Source of the DNA: an uncultured Verrucomicrobia subdivision 3 bacterium
GTDB lineage: Bacteria; Verrucomicrobiota; Verrucomicrobiia; Limisphaerales; UBA11358
Reading direction: 5' to 3'
Assembly (NCBI GenBank): GCA_903850425.1
Contig: CAINLR010000083.1
Span: forward strand, 28,444-92,443
DNA length: 64,000 bases
Part shown: one piece after another, positions 51,558-60,173 of the stretch
Numbering within the stretch: position 1 is the first letter of the stretch
Layout: each line of letters starts with the position of its first letter
Notes under the pieces: generated by a model
The model's database searches: none
Seen by the model: the letters and a program-made list of their open reading frames with translations, nothing else
What the model was told of the DNA's origin: nothing
Position numbers and translations under genes: made by a program

Positions 51558-52514
51558 TCAGGATAAATTTGGCCAGAGTTGATGCAGGCGATGATTCAAT
51601 TGAGCGTCGCGCAACAGCGTAAGATTGGACTTCGGGCGTAGCAAGGCTGCGGCGTGGCCCAATGTCTTGCGCACCTGTGGGAGCGTTTTTCGGCGAAGCA
51701 CCTTGGGCGTTTCCAAGAAGATGATGGAACTGCGGTTGCCCTTACTGCTCGTGTAGTTCTTGATGTAAAGCACGCGCTCCGGCGGCGAGACCATGAAGCG
51801 ACGGGGCGTTTCCTTTAGCACCTGCACCACGAGGTCGCCAGATTTCACCCGACGGGCAAAGACCGCGCCCGTCCATGAGAAATTCTCGACCTCGAAACGC
51901 CGTGGCGATAAAAGCCGACGACGGGCAATCGGCCGGCCCTGATGCTCGGCGAACGCAGCCTCTATGTCTCGTTCGCTCCTGGAAAGTTGCACAACCCAAG
52001 TTCGCGCGTGACCTGGGGCGAGCTTTGCGGCCTTACGGGTCTTACGAGCGCCGCCAACGATCTTTGGCGGACGGTAAATCTTCGCCATCTGCTGCGCATA
52101 TTCCAGGGTGACGTGTTCTCCCAGCAGTGATTCAACAAACTTGGCCGACTGCCGCGCCAGCGCCGGGTGGGTGCCATGCACGACCGCCTCGACCAACGTG
52201 TTGGCGGAGGATTGGGAGACATTGGTGGAGCCAACAAAGACGGATGCACCAACGACAAACACTTTGGCGTGCAAATTAGTGACCGAGTGGACTTCGACCC
52301 CGCGCCGCAGCAGCACCAGCACCTCGCTGGGGCAAACGTGCCCCGCCTGCACTGAGCCTTCGCTAAAATCAATCACCAGCACGCTGCCAGCGCGCAGCGG
52401 CAGGAGTTTGCTGGCCGACCGCCCGAAGTAAGCGACCGCGACGCGACATTTGCCCGGCGATTTCCGCACGGCGCGCGTGATGGCTTTCCAAGGTTCGTCG
52501 GTCAGCAGTTTCAT
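51558..52514 (-). CDS. Phospholipase-D-family (HKD) nuclease-like protein
   Basis: VAVAYFG, NLHAKVFV......VGSTNVS motif; located 3 nt upstream of hsdM. Confidence 0.75.
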   Translation of the reverse strand: MKLLTDEPWKAITRAVRKSPGKCRVAVAYFGRSASKLLPLRAGSVLVIDFSEGSVQAGHVCPSEVLVLLRRGVEVHSVTNLHAKVFVVGASVFVGSTNVSQSSANTLVEAVVHGTHPALARQSAKFVESLLGEHVTLEYAQQMAKIYRPPKIVGGARKTRKAAKLAPGHARTWVVQLSRSERDIEAAFAEHQGRPIARRRLLSPRRFEVENFSWTGAVFARRVKSGDLVVQVLKETPRRFMVSPPERVLYIKNYTSSKGNRSSIIFLETPKVLRRKTLPQVRKTLGHAAALLRPKSNLTLLRDAQLNHRLHQLWPNLS

Positions 52515-52515
52515 G

Positions 52516-53430
52516 CTATGGCAAGCTGTGCTGTTTGAAAAATTTCACGATGCTCGCCGCCGCACCGGCGGGGAATAGGTGCGGGCCGGGATGGATGAGC
52601 GTGACCACGGGGGCATCCAGTTTTGACGGATACAGCGTGCAATACTTCTCGCCCTCCCACGGCTGTCCATCGCCGCATTGATTCAGTTTCCTCAACGCGG
52701 CCATCGTCTGCTGCTGCCACTCGAATTTGACCAGCGTGTCGTTCGTGCCGGCAACATGCAGGACGGGTTTGGCGCTGAGTTGCGACCGGGTTCTGGCGGC
52801 GGCCGCCGCAGAAGGAGCGAACGCAGCGAACAGTTTGCCACGCGCCGCCCAGAGCAAATAAGTGAAGCCGCCACCGTTGGAATGGCCGGTGGCGTAAATC
52901 CGGTTGGCGTCCACCTTGTAATCCTGGTGAAGGCTGGCGAGGACCGCGTCGAAAAACTTTAGATCGCGGTCGCCCTGGTTGCCGACATCGGACTGCCAGC
53001 CCGGTTTCTTGCCGTCGGGATCAGTGAGGCGGCCAGGCGTGTTGAGTCCCTGCATGTAAACGACAATCGCCTCCGGCCAGTGGGTATGAAAGCTGAACAT
53101 GCGCGCGGCGTTCTGCATGGAGCCGCCATGCCCGTGAAAGGCGAACACCACCGGCGCGGCATTTGTGCGGGCCGAGGGCGGGGCGTAAACGAGCGCCTCG
53201 CGGACGACGCCATCCACGGTCCACTGCCGGCGCGCGAGCATATCGGCGGCGCGCGCGGCGCCGACGGTCAACAGGGCGACGAGGCAAAAGCAGATCAGGC
53301 GGATGGCGGGCCTGGAGTTTTTTTGGAAGTTGCGGCCAGAGTTGGCGCGGGACTGGGCGGCCACAGCGCAGCAGCTTTTTTCAAGCGCGGCATTGTCGGC
53401 GCATGGTTCCATTGGAGCGACCCAGAGCAT
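52516..53430 (-). CDS. Secreted alpha/beta-hydrolase (PHB-depolymerase/LpqC-like esterase); start uncertain
   Basis: R.ALVYAP...PVVFAFHG.GG, D..FFDA.L, YATGHSNGG nucleophile motif, HVAG..D..V. Confidence 0.85.
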   Translation of the reverse strand: MLWVAPMEPCADNAALEKSCCAVAAQSRANSGRNFQKNSRPAIRLICFCLVALLTVGAARAADMLARRQWTVDGVVREALVYAPPSARTNAAPVVFAFHGHGGSMQNAARMFSFHTHWPEAIVVYMQGLNTPGRLTDPDGKKPGWQSDVGNQGDRDLKFFDAVLASLHQDYKVDANRIYATGHSNGGGFTYLLWAARGKLFAAFAPSAAAAARTRSQLSAKPVLHVAGTNDTLVKFEWQQQTMAALRKLNQCGDGQPWEGEKYCTLYPSKLDAPVVTLIHPGPHLFPAGAAASIVKFFKQHSLP

Positions 53431-53935
53431 AATTAATTATTCCCGTGTGCTGTGCGCGGAAGATTATTTCAAATTGTTCCAAACGCAAATACGAAAGAGG
53501 CTGCCTGCTCGATGGACGCGCGGCGGCATCTGAAGGGCGCACGGGAAAAGGCGGCGGATGGACTTGCAAACATTTCTGAGTCGCCGCATGGTGTTCGTGT
53601 GAACTGGAAGCCGGGTTTGTTGGGCTCCAAATCCCAAACGGAAGCGCGGCATCCAATTGCAGGCGACACGACGAACAAGAATGAAAACCGACTACCCGCC
53701 AACTGGTCCGCGCCGCCGCAGTGAATATTTTGCCGATGGCAGTGCCCTGGTAGCGGTCGAAGGGGGAGGCATCCTGTTGATTGAGAGCCAGCCCCAATAC
53801 AAAACTCCCCAACTAAAAGGCAAACGAGTGAAGCCAAATCGCCGAAACCAGCCGCACGTGCTGGCCGCGCGGAACAATAAATTTTCTCAAAATCCCCATA
53901 AACAACAGCCGTAAACGTAGCCGAAATAAGTGGAC

Positions 53936-53960
53936 TTGTTAGCAGTGGACGTTAGCAGTG
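53936..53960 (+). promoter_or_regulatory. Probable integrase arm-type binding sites (right end)
   Basis: TTGTTAGCAGTG (53936-53947) and GTTAGCAGTG (53951-53960) match the left-end motifs. Confidence 0.6.
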
Positions 53961-54021
53961 AGGCGTTTTGAATCCGACTAAAACCGTTAACGACCTTGTT
54001 ACCATTGTCTAAAAACGATAT

Positions 54022-54095
54022 TGGAGCGGGCGAAGGGAATCGAACCCTCGTGTGCAGTTTGGAAAACTGCCGTTCTACCATTGAACTACGCCCGC
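54022..54095 (-). tRNA. tRNA-Gly(TCC)
   Basis: GCGGGCGTAGTTCAATGGTAGAACGGCAGTTTTCCAAACTGCACACGAGGGTTCGATTCCCTTCGCCCGCTCCA: cloverleaf with anticodon TCC and encoded CCA. Confidence 0.97.
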
Positions 54096-54129
54096 CTCAC
54101 GCGGTGGCGCGCTGGCTTGTAGCAGGCAA

Positions 54130-54157
54130 ATCATAACGTCCGCCCTTGTCTTGTCAA
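54130..54157 (-). promoter_or_regulatory. Sigma70-type promoter for tRNA-Gly
   Basis: TTGACA-N16-TATGAT on the minus strand, ~35 nt upstream of the tRNA. Confidence 0.7.
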
Positions 54158-54227
54158 CCCGCCGGCGATAATCCAACGGATAAAAAACATTAACCTCAGG
54201 CCCGGGCGGTGCGTCTCACCGCCTGAT

Positions 54228-54980
54228 ATGAGCGGCCCAAAAAACACCTCCGGTCGTCCGCCTCGGGCGTTCACCTTGATTGAACTGCTGGTGGTCATTG
54301 CCATCATCGCCATTCTGGCGGCGATGTTGCTGCCGGCTTTGGCCAAGGCCAAGGAAACCGCCAAACGCATTGCTTGCAACAACAACCTGCGCCAGCTCGG
54401 CATGGCCATGCGGATGTATGTGGATGACAACCAGGGCACCTTGCCGCCGCACACCACCGCCGCCCGCTGGCCGAACAAGTTTTATGATTATTACGGGAAA
54501 AACGTGAAAGTCCTGCTCTGTCCGACCGAAATCACCAACACCCCCTCCACGATTGGCCCGTCGAACAATGTGGCGGACGCTGCGTGGCGCAGCTATTTCA
54601 TCAACGGCTGGAACGACTATTTTTACGACAAGCTCGGCGAGGCGGATTTCATCAGCCTTTATATGACCGGGCAATGCCAGACCGGCCTCAAGGAAAACGC
54701 GATCGTGCATCCCAGCGACACGATTTTGCTGGGCGAAAAAATTTCAGAACGCGGGGACTTTTACATGGATATGAGGGCGAGAGCTGGTTTTGGCGATGAC
54801 TTTTCCGCCTACGCCCAAGACCGGCACTCCAGCCGTGGCGAAGGCTCCGGCTCTGGCGGCGCTAATAATACCTACGCCGACGGCAGCACGCGCTACAGTA
54901 AATATGGCAAGTGTTTGGACCCGCTAAACCTCTGGGCCGTCAGCGACGCAAACCGGATCGGCTACGCCTTCCAATACTGA
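54228..54980 (+). CDS. Prepilin-type N-terminal cleavage/methylation protein (DUF1559 / H-X-DG type)
   Basis: [30 protein letters not shown]...C.NNLRQLG; C-terminal RH......GGAN..YADG. Confidence 0.9.
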   Translation: MSGPKNTSGRPPRAFTLIELLVVIAIIAILAAMLLPALAKAKETAKRIACNNNLRQLGMAMRMYVDDNQGTLPPHTTAARWPNKFYDYYGKNVKVLLCPTEITNTPSTIGPSNNVADAAWRSYFINGWNDYFYDKLGEADFISLYMTGQCQTGLKENAIVHPSDTILLGEKISERGDFYMDMRARAGFGDDFSAYAQDRHSSRGEGSGSGGANNTYADGSTRYSKYGKCLDPLNLWAVSDANRIGYAFQY

Positions 54981-55020
54981 CGCACTTGCGCCAGTCCGCC
55001 GCTGTGGCTAAACTCGCGCG

Positions 55021-56397
55021 ATGAATTCGCTGCTGCTCGCCGGCGGTCACGTGGTTGATCCCGCCAATCATTTTGATGCCATTGCCGATGTGCTCATCGT
55101 GGATGGAAAAATCTCCGCCATCGGGTCCAACCTTTCCGCTCCCGTCGGGCTCGAACGCTGGGACGCAACCGGAAAAATTGTCTGCCCGGGCTTGATTGAT
55201 CTGCACGTCCACTTCCGCGAACCCGGCCAGACCGCCAAGGAAAATATCGCCAGCGGCACGGCGGCGGCGGCGCGCGGTGGCTTCACATCTGTCGTGTGCA
55301 TGCCCAACACGGCGCCGGCCATTGACAGCGCGGGCACTGTGGCGCTGATTCACGAACGCGCCCGGGAACAGGGCATCGTGAATGTCTTTGTCACCGGCGC
55401 GATCACCAAAAATATTGCCGGTGAAGAACTCGCGCCCATTGGTTCGCTCAAGAAGGCGGGGGTCGTGGCCATTACGGACGACGGCCATTGCGTGCAGAAC
55501 CACGACCTCATGCGCCGGGCGTGCGAATACGCCAAGATGTTTGACCTGCCCATTTTCGATCACTGCCAGGATTATTCCCTCGTGACGGACGGCGTGATGC
55601 ACGAAGGCTATTGGAATCTGGCGCTCGGTTTGCGTGGCTGGCCCGCTGCTGGCGAGGAGATGATTGTGGCGCGGAATATTTTGCTGGCAGAGCTGACCGG
55701 TGCAAAAATCCACTGCCAGCACTTGAGCGCGGCGGGCAGCGTCGCCCTGCTCCGCGAGGCGAAGAAGCGGGGGGTGTCCATTTCCGGCGAGGCGTGTCCG
55801 CATCATTTCACGTTGACGGACGCGGCCATTGCCGGCAGCGAGAAATTCTGGAAGGCCGATGGCCAAATGCTCCCCACGGCGCAGGCGGACGATCGCCCGG
55901 CTTGGCCAAATTATGACACGAATTTCAAAATGAATCCGCCGCTGCGTTCCGCCAAAGATCGCGAGGCGATTCTCGAGGGTCTGACCGATGGCACCATTGA
56001 CATTTTGTGCAGCGACCACGCGCCGCACTGCGATTACGAGAAGGAAGTTGAGTTCGACTACGCGCCGTTCGGCATCACCGGTCTCGAAACCGAACTGGCG
56101 CTCTCGCTGATGCAGCTCGTCCACACGAAACGGATTTCGCTCGCGGACCTGCTTGCGAAATTCACCGTCAACCCGGCGCGTTTGCTGAACTTAAATAAAG
56201 GCACCTTGAGCGTCGGCGCTGACGCGGACGTGACGGTCTTTGATCCGGCCGAGGAATGGATTTTCAACCGCGAGGATTCCGCGAGCAAATCAAAGAACAA
56301 TCCATTCTTCGGCTGGAAACTCCAAGGCAAGGTGGCGGCCACGATTGTCGGCGGTAAAAAAGTCTGGTCTGAACAAAATGAACTGGTTAGCGTCTAA
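55021..56397 (+). CDS. pyrC: Dihydroorotase (multifunctional-complex type)
   Basis: PGLIDLHVHFREPG, AAARGGFT.V..MPNT, KMNPPLR, SDHAPH, APFGI.GLET. Confidence 0.93.
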   Translation: MNSLLLAGGHVVDPANHFDAIADVLIVDGKISAIGSNLSAPVGLERWDATGKIVCPGLIDLHVHFREPGQTAKENIASGTAAAARGGFTSVVCMPNTAPAIDSAGTVALIHERAREQGIVNVFVTGAITKNIAGEELAPIGSLKKAGVVAITDDGHCVQNHDLMRRACEYAKMFDLPIFDHCQDYSLVTDGVMHEGYWNLALGLRGWPAAGEEMIVARNILLAELTGAKIHCQHLSAAGSVALLREAKKRGVSISGEACPHHFTLTDAAIAGSEKFWKADGQMLPTAQADDRPAWPNYDTNFKMNPPLRSAKDREAILEGLTDGTIDILCSDHAPHCDYEKEVEFDYAPFGITGLETELALSLMQLVHTKRISLADLLAKFTVNPARLLNLNKGTLSVGADADVTVFDPAEEWIFNREDSASKSKNNPFFGWKLQGKVAATIVGGKKVWSEQNELVSV

Positions 56398-56419
56398 ATT
56401 CTGCTCGAACAAATACATT

Positions 56420-56863
56420 ATGAAGAAAACATTGATAACCTTACTGGCTGCCACGCTGTTTTGGCAGGTGAACGCGGCGGAATCCATCTGGCTCACGGAC
56501 CTGCCCAAGGCCGAGGCCCTGGCGAAGGCCGAAAACAAAATCGTGCTGCTGGATTTCACCGGCTCCGACTGGTGCGGCTGGTGCATCAAGTTCAAAAAGG
56601 AAGCCCTCGACACCGCCGAGTTTCAAGCCTACGCCGCGAAGAATGTCGTGCTGGTGGAACTGGATTATCCTCGCAAAATAGCCCAGAGCGCCGATTTAAA
56701 GCAGGCCAACGCCGCGCTGAAAGCCAAATATAAAATTGAGGGCTTCCCCACGCTCGTCGTGCTGGACAAAAACGGCAAGGAAATCGGGCGGCAAGGCGGC
56801 TACGAGGAAGGTGGCGCCAAGGCGTTCATCGCCAAGCTGGAAAAATTCAAGAACGCGAAATAA
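56420..56863 (+). CDS. Secreted thioredoxin-family protein
   Basis: Signal peptide, LLDFTGSDWCGWC, GFPT.VVLD..GKEI. Start moved to ATG 56420. Confidence 0.9.
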   Translation: MKKTLITLLAATLFWQVNAAESIWLTDLPKAEALAKAENKIVLLDFTGSDWCGWCIKFKKEALDTAEFQAYAAKNVVLVELDYPRKIAQSADLKQANAALKAKYKIEGFPTLVVLDKNGKEIGRQGGYEEGGAKAFIAKLEKFKNAK

Positions 56864-57019
56864 GCGACCGTGGCGGGGCGTGCGATTGATAGCCCGCCGT
56901 GCGCCTAGCAAACATCCCACCGCCTGACACAGCGTCCGGCGGTGGCTTGCTGCCAGCGCGAACTGCCGACTGCGCTCCAAGCCCACTGTTTTGCGGCCAC
57001 GGCACAGTCGCGCAAACAA

Positions 57020-57358
57020 TCAGGCCTTCTTCACGAAACAGGCTTTCAGCGCGATCGCCATGCCGTCCATCTTGCAGTCAATCTCGTGGTCGCCATCCAC
57101 CAGGCGAATGGGTTTGGATTTCGAGCCGCCTTTGAGCACCTGCGACCCGCCGCCCAATTTCAAATCCTTGATCAAGACCACGCAATCGCCGTCTGCCAGC
57201 ACATTGCCGTGGGCGTCCTTGACGACGCGCGGGCCGGCGGGCGCCTCCGCTTCGGGGGCGCGTTCCCACTCGTGGCCGCAGGTGACGCATTCATAGCGTT
57301 CGGCGTGTTCCAGAATCTCGGGCATTTCGCACATCGGACAAGCGGCAGGTTTGCTCAT
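57020..57358 (-). CDS. phnA: PhnA/YjdM zinc-ribbon protein
   Basis: CP.C........Y.C..CGHEW, VKDA.GN.L.DGD.V.LIKDLK. Confidence 0.9.
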   Translation of the reverse strand: MSKPAACPMCEMPEILEHAERYECVTCGHEWERAPEAEAPAGPRVVKDAHGNVLADGDCVVLIKDLKLGGGSQVLKGGSKSKPIRLVDGDHEIDCKMDGMAIALKACFVKKA

Positions 57359-57529
57359 AAAGCGACAGCTTAACCCTTTTCTATGACGTGAATCAACCGC
57401 GCACTTGGGGTCGGGAAAGCGGATCGCGTCATCGCACCGGCGCAGTCACGGAAGCATTGCGAGGCCGTAGCGGTCAGAAGAATAAAATCGCTGCTCGCGC
57501 GCCGGACATTCAACTGACAAGCTACAAAC

Positions 57530-57676
57530 ATGCAAAAACCAAATTATCAGTTTGAGAAACGGCGCAAGGAAATGGACAAAAAAGCCAAGAAGGAAGAGAA
57601 GCGCCGGTTAAAGCTCGCGTCCGCCCTGTCAACCGCTGCCATTGCGGAGCCGTCCGCTCCGGTTGAGTCCAACTGA
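57530..57676 (+). CDS. Small basic protein (48 aa), not in the ORF track
   Basis: MQKPNYQFEKRRKEMDKKAKKEEKRRLK...; resembles the small 'PNY.FEKR..E..KK.KKEEK' family. Confidence 0.65.
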   Translation: MQKPNYQFEKRRKEMDKKAKKEEKRRLKLASALSTAAIAEPSAPVESN

Positions 57677-57721
57677 AGCCAGACGCTCGCAGGCATGGTC
57701 TCGCGAGTTTTAACCTCGCTT

Positions 57722-58504
57722 TCAGATTTGTGAGGCACCGGTGCGCTTGAGCATGACTTTGATCATGCCGATCATGTTGTCTTTGTATTGCGGGTCCGCC
57801 TGCAATTGTTTCCAGATTGGCGCGGCCCCGAAGCCGGACCAGTGTTTCTTGTGCTCATCCGCAGTTTCGCCGCACGTCATATAAGTGAGGCAAGGCATAT
57901 TGGCACCGATCAAGGTGCGGCCATAAAACACCGGGGCCAGCCCGACTTCCTTCATCACCGTGATTTCACCGCTCTCGAACATTTTGATCTTGTTCAAGCC
58001 CACGCCTTCGCTCGGGCTTTTGTAAGTGCGCAGTTCAAAAATAGTCGCCTGCTGGCCGGGCGCCACGAGGTGCTTCATGCCGTCAAACGCCACGAGGAAG
58101 GAGCTTTCGATGCGGTCGTAAGCGGGATTCGATTTCGGCGCGCTCAGGAATTCGGCGGCGGCTTTTTGGTAATCCGCGTCGGCCGCGAGCTTCGCCGGAA
58201 TCGCGGCGAAAACCTCCACCGAGTCGCACGGGATGAGCACATAGACTTTGTTCGTCGCGGAAGCCTCCATTTCGGTAAAGACGCCGACGGGTTTAATGCC
58301 CATGCGGTTGTAGGCCGGAACCGCCGCGTTCTGCCAATAGTCATTGATACGCTGCTGCTGCGCTTCCGATTGGGTGGTGTAAACCCGCAGTTCATAATAT
58401 TGGGGTTTGGCGGCGTCGGCCGCCGCGCTGCGGGTTGGCGTGCCCAGCACGGCGGTCAGGGCGGCGAGGACAACCAGGCAATGGGTAAAGATGCGGGGAA
58501 TCAT
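57722..58504 (-). CDS. NIPSNAP family protein (two domains) with signal peptide
   Basis: YYELRVY...; IFELRTY.S......KIKMF..GEI......GL.PVFYG....G..MP.LTYM. Confidence 0.85.
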   Translation of the reverse strand: MIPRIFTHCLVVLAALTAVLGTPTRSAAADAAKPQYYELRVYTTQSEAQQQRINDYWQNAAVPAYNRMGIKPVGVFTEMEASATNKVYVLIPCDSVEVFAAIPAKLAADADYQKAAAEFLSAPKSNPAYDRIESSFLVAFDGMKHLVAPGQQATIFELRTYKSPSEGVGLNKIKMFESGEITVMKEVGLAPVFYGRTLIGANMPCLTYMTCGETADEHKKHWSGFGAAPIWKQLQADPQYKDNMIGMIKVMLKRTGASQI

Positions 58505-58576
58505 AAAGGTGTTGGATGTGAATTCAGATGTGGTTCAATTTTTGAGGTTACACCCATCGGCGACACGGGGTCACGT

Positions 58577-59098
58577 TTATATTCCGCGCTGACGGGGCGC
58601 CGCAGCCGGTGGCGCACTGCCCGCGCGCCGGGCGAGCAATCGCTGAAAACGGGCGCGGTTGTAGCGCAGCGCAAGGATGCAGGGAAAATTTACCGCCAGC
58701 GCCACGGCGGCGTTCACCAGCACGCCCCACCACGGATTCCAGAGGCAGAACAGTGGCAACGTGAACAGCGCGAGCCAGTGGACGACTTCGCCGCGCCAGG
58801 TTTCGCGCAGAAATCGCTCCAAATAATCCGGCGAAGCGTCGTGCAGCCGGGCCTTCGCAAAGCCGCCGCGAAACAGGCGGGAGGCATCCGGCAGCCGATC
58901 TTTCCAATGCTTGATGCCGCAGACGCGCTCGTAGAACCGCCCGCCGCGCTCCCATTTTTTTGGGCGCGCGAAAGCGCTGTGATAATTGAACCGGCGCGCC
59001 GCGAGTTGCGTGAACGACCACGCCAGTCCGAACTGGATCACCAGCCAGGCGATGAAGTTGAGCGCAATGACCCACGCGATGGACAGTTCAATCAGCAC
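58577..59098 (-). CDS. crtO: Glycosyl-4,4'-diaponeurosporenoate acyltransferase (CrtO-like)
   Basis: WE..G..Y.....IK.WKD.LPD, F..ET.RGE..HW, N.P.I...RYNR.R. Confidence 0.85.
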   Translation of the reverse strand: MLIELSIAWVIALNFIAWLVIQFGLAWSFTQLAARRFNYHSAFARPKKWERGGRFYERVCGIKHWKDRLPDASRLFRGGFAKARLHDASPDYLERFLRETWRGEVVHWLALFTLPLFCLWNPWWGVLVNAAVALAVNFPCILALRYNRARFQRLLARRAGSAPPAAAPRQRGI

Positions 59099-60173
59099 GA
59101 ATGTCGCGTCCTTTCCAACTCACCGTTTTGCCCGAGCGAAAAACGGAACGGGTGAACACGGCAAAGAAAAACAAAATCAGCGCGGGATAAAAAATGGCGA
59201 TGCTCCAATGGAACGTCCCCGCGCGCCGCAGCAGCCAGGCCAATTGCGCGATGCAAAGTCCGTAGAGCGTCAACCATTGCAGGGGAGCGCCGCCGATCAC
59301 CACTCCGATGGGCGCAAAAAAAAGTCCGCCCAGCCACGCAATAATGAGCAGCAACAGGAGCAGTGGCGTCTGACCGGCGCCGGAAGCGAAGCCTTTCGTC
59401 CAGCCTTCAACGAGTTGACGCCAGCCGGCCGGATACATGCGAAACGAAAACACTCCGCGCCCGCTGCGGCAATGCAGCGGCACGTTCGCGGTGCGCAACT
59501 GTTTCGCAAGCCAGAAGTTTTCGAGGATGCGGCCTTTCACGGCTTCATGGCCGCCGACCCGCTGGTAGGCCACGCGTTCAATCAGTAGAAACTGGCCGAG
59601 CAGCCCCCGCTGCGGATACCGGTCGCCGAGCAGCGTAAACGCGCCCGTGCCGGCCAGCATCACCAAGTTGAAGACCGCAGAGAACTGCTCGTGAAAAGCG
59701 CGGACGACATGATACGGCGCGACGGAGAGCGTGCCGCCGCCAGCAGCTTGGAACTCGGCGAGCACGCGGGCCAGTCCCTCCGGCTCGAACCAAGTGTCGG
59801 CATCGAGGAATAATAATTGTTGCCCGGTTGCGGCCTGCGCGCCTTGCTGGCAAGCCCAGGTCTTGCCGCGCCAATCTTTGGGCAGCGGTTGCGAACGGAT
59901 AACGCGCGCGCCGTTTTCGCGCGCGACCGCGGCGGTGCGATCCGTGGAGGCGTCGTCCACGACGATGATTTCCTGCGGCCGCAGAGATTGGGTCGCGAGC
60001 GAGCGCAACAGTTTGGGCAGATTGGCTTCCTCGTTCCGCGCGGGAATGATAATGGTAAGGTTTTCGGCGGAGACAGATTCACCCACCGCCGCAGGGACAC
60101 ATTGACGGAGACGGCCCAGAACCAGGAAGCCGGCCGACCATTGCGCGAGCGTGACCAGAAGCAAAATCATCAC
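59088..60173 (-). CDS. crtQ: GT2 glycosyltransferase (CrtQ-like carotenoid glycosyltransferase)
   Basis: IIIPARNEE.NL, VVDD.S.D.T, W.GK..AC..GA, LLFLDAD, FRMYP.G...L.EGWTK; carotenoid-cluster context. Confidence 0.8.
   Translation of the reverse strand: MMILLLVTLAQWSAGFLVLGRLRQCVPAAVGESVSAENLTIIIPARNEEANLPKLLRSLATQSLRPQEIIVVDDASTDRTAAVARENGARVIRSQPLPKDWRGKTWACQQGAQAATGQQLLFLDADTWFEPEGLARVLAEFQAAGGGTLSVAPYHVVRAFHEQFSAVFNLVMLAGTGAFTLLGDRYPQRGLLGQFLLIERVAYQRVGGHEAVKGRILENFWLAKQLRTANVPLHCRSGRGVFSFRMYPAGWRQLVEGWTKGFASGAGQTPLLLLLLIIAWLGGLFFAPIGVVIGGAPLQWLTLYGLCIAQLAWLLRRAGTFHWSIAIFYPALILFFFAVFTRSVFRSGKTVSWKGRDIRAD

Larger units (their letters stand above)
37725..54051. mobile_element. Integrative defence island (~16.3 kb) inserted at tRNA-Gly(TCC)
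   Basis: 31-bp direct repeats at both ends, an integrase next to one end, and CRISPR, R-M and nuclease cargo with AT-richer segments. Confidence 0.92.

Noticed and set aside
53381-53914. Several overlapping short ORFs near the island's right end
   Set aside because: No recognisable motifs, they conflict with each other, and they lie in the att-proximal non-coding region.
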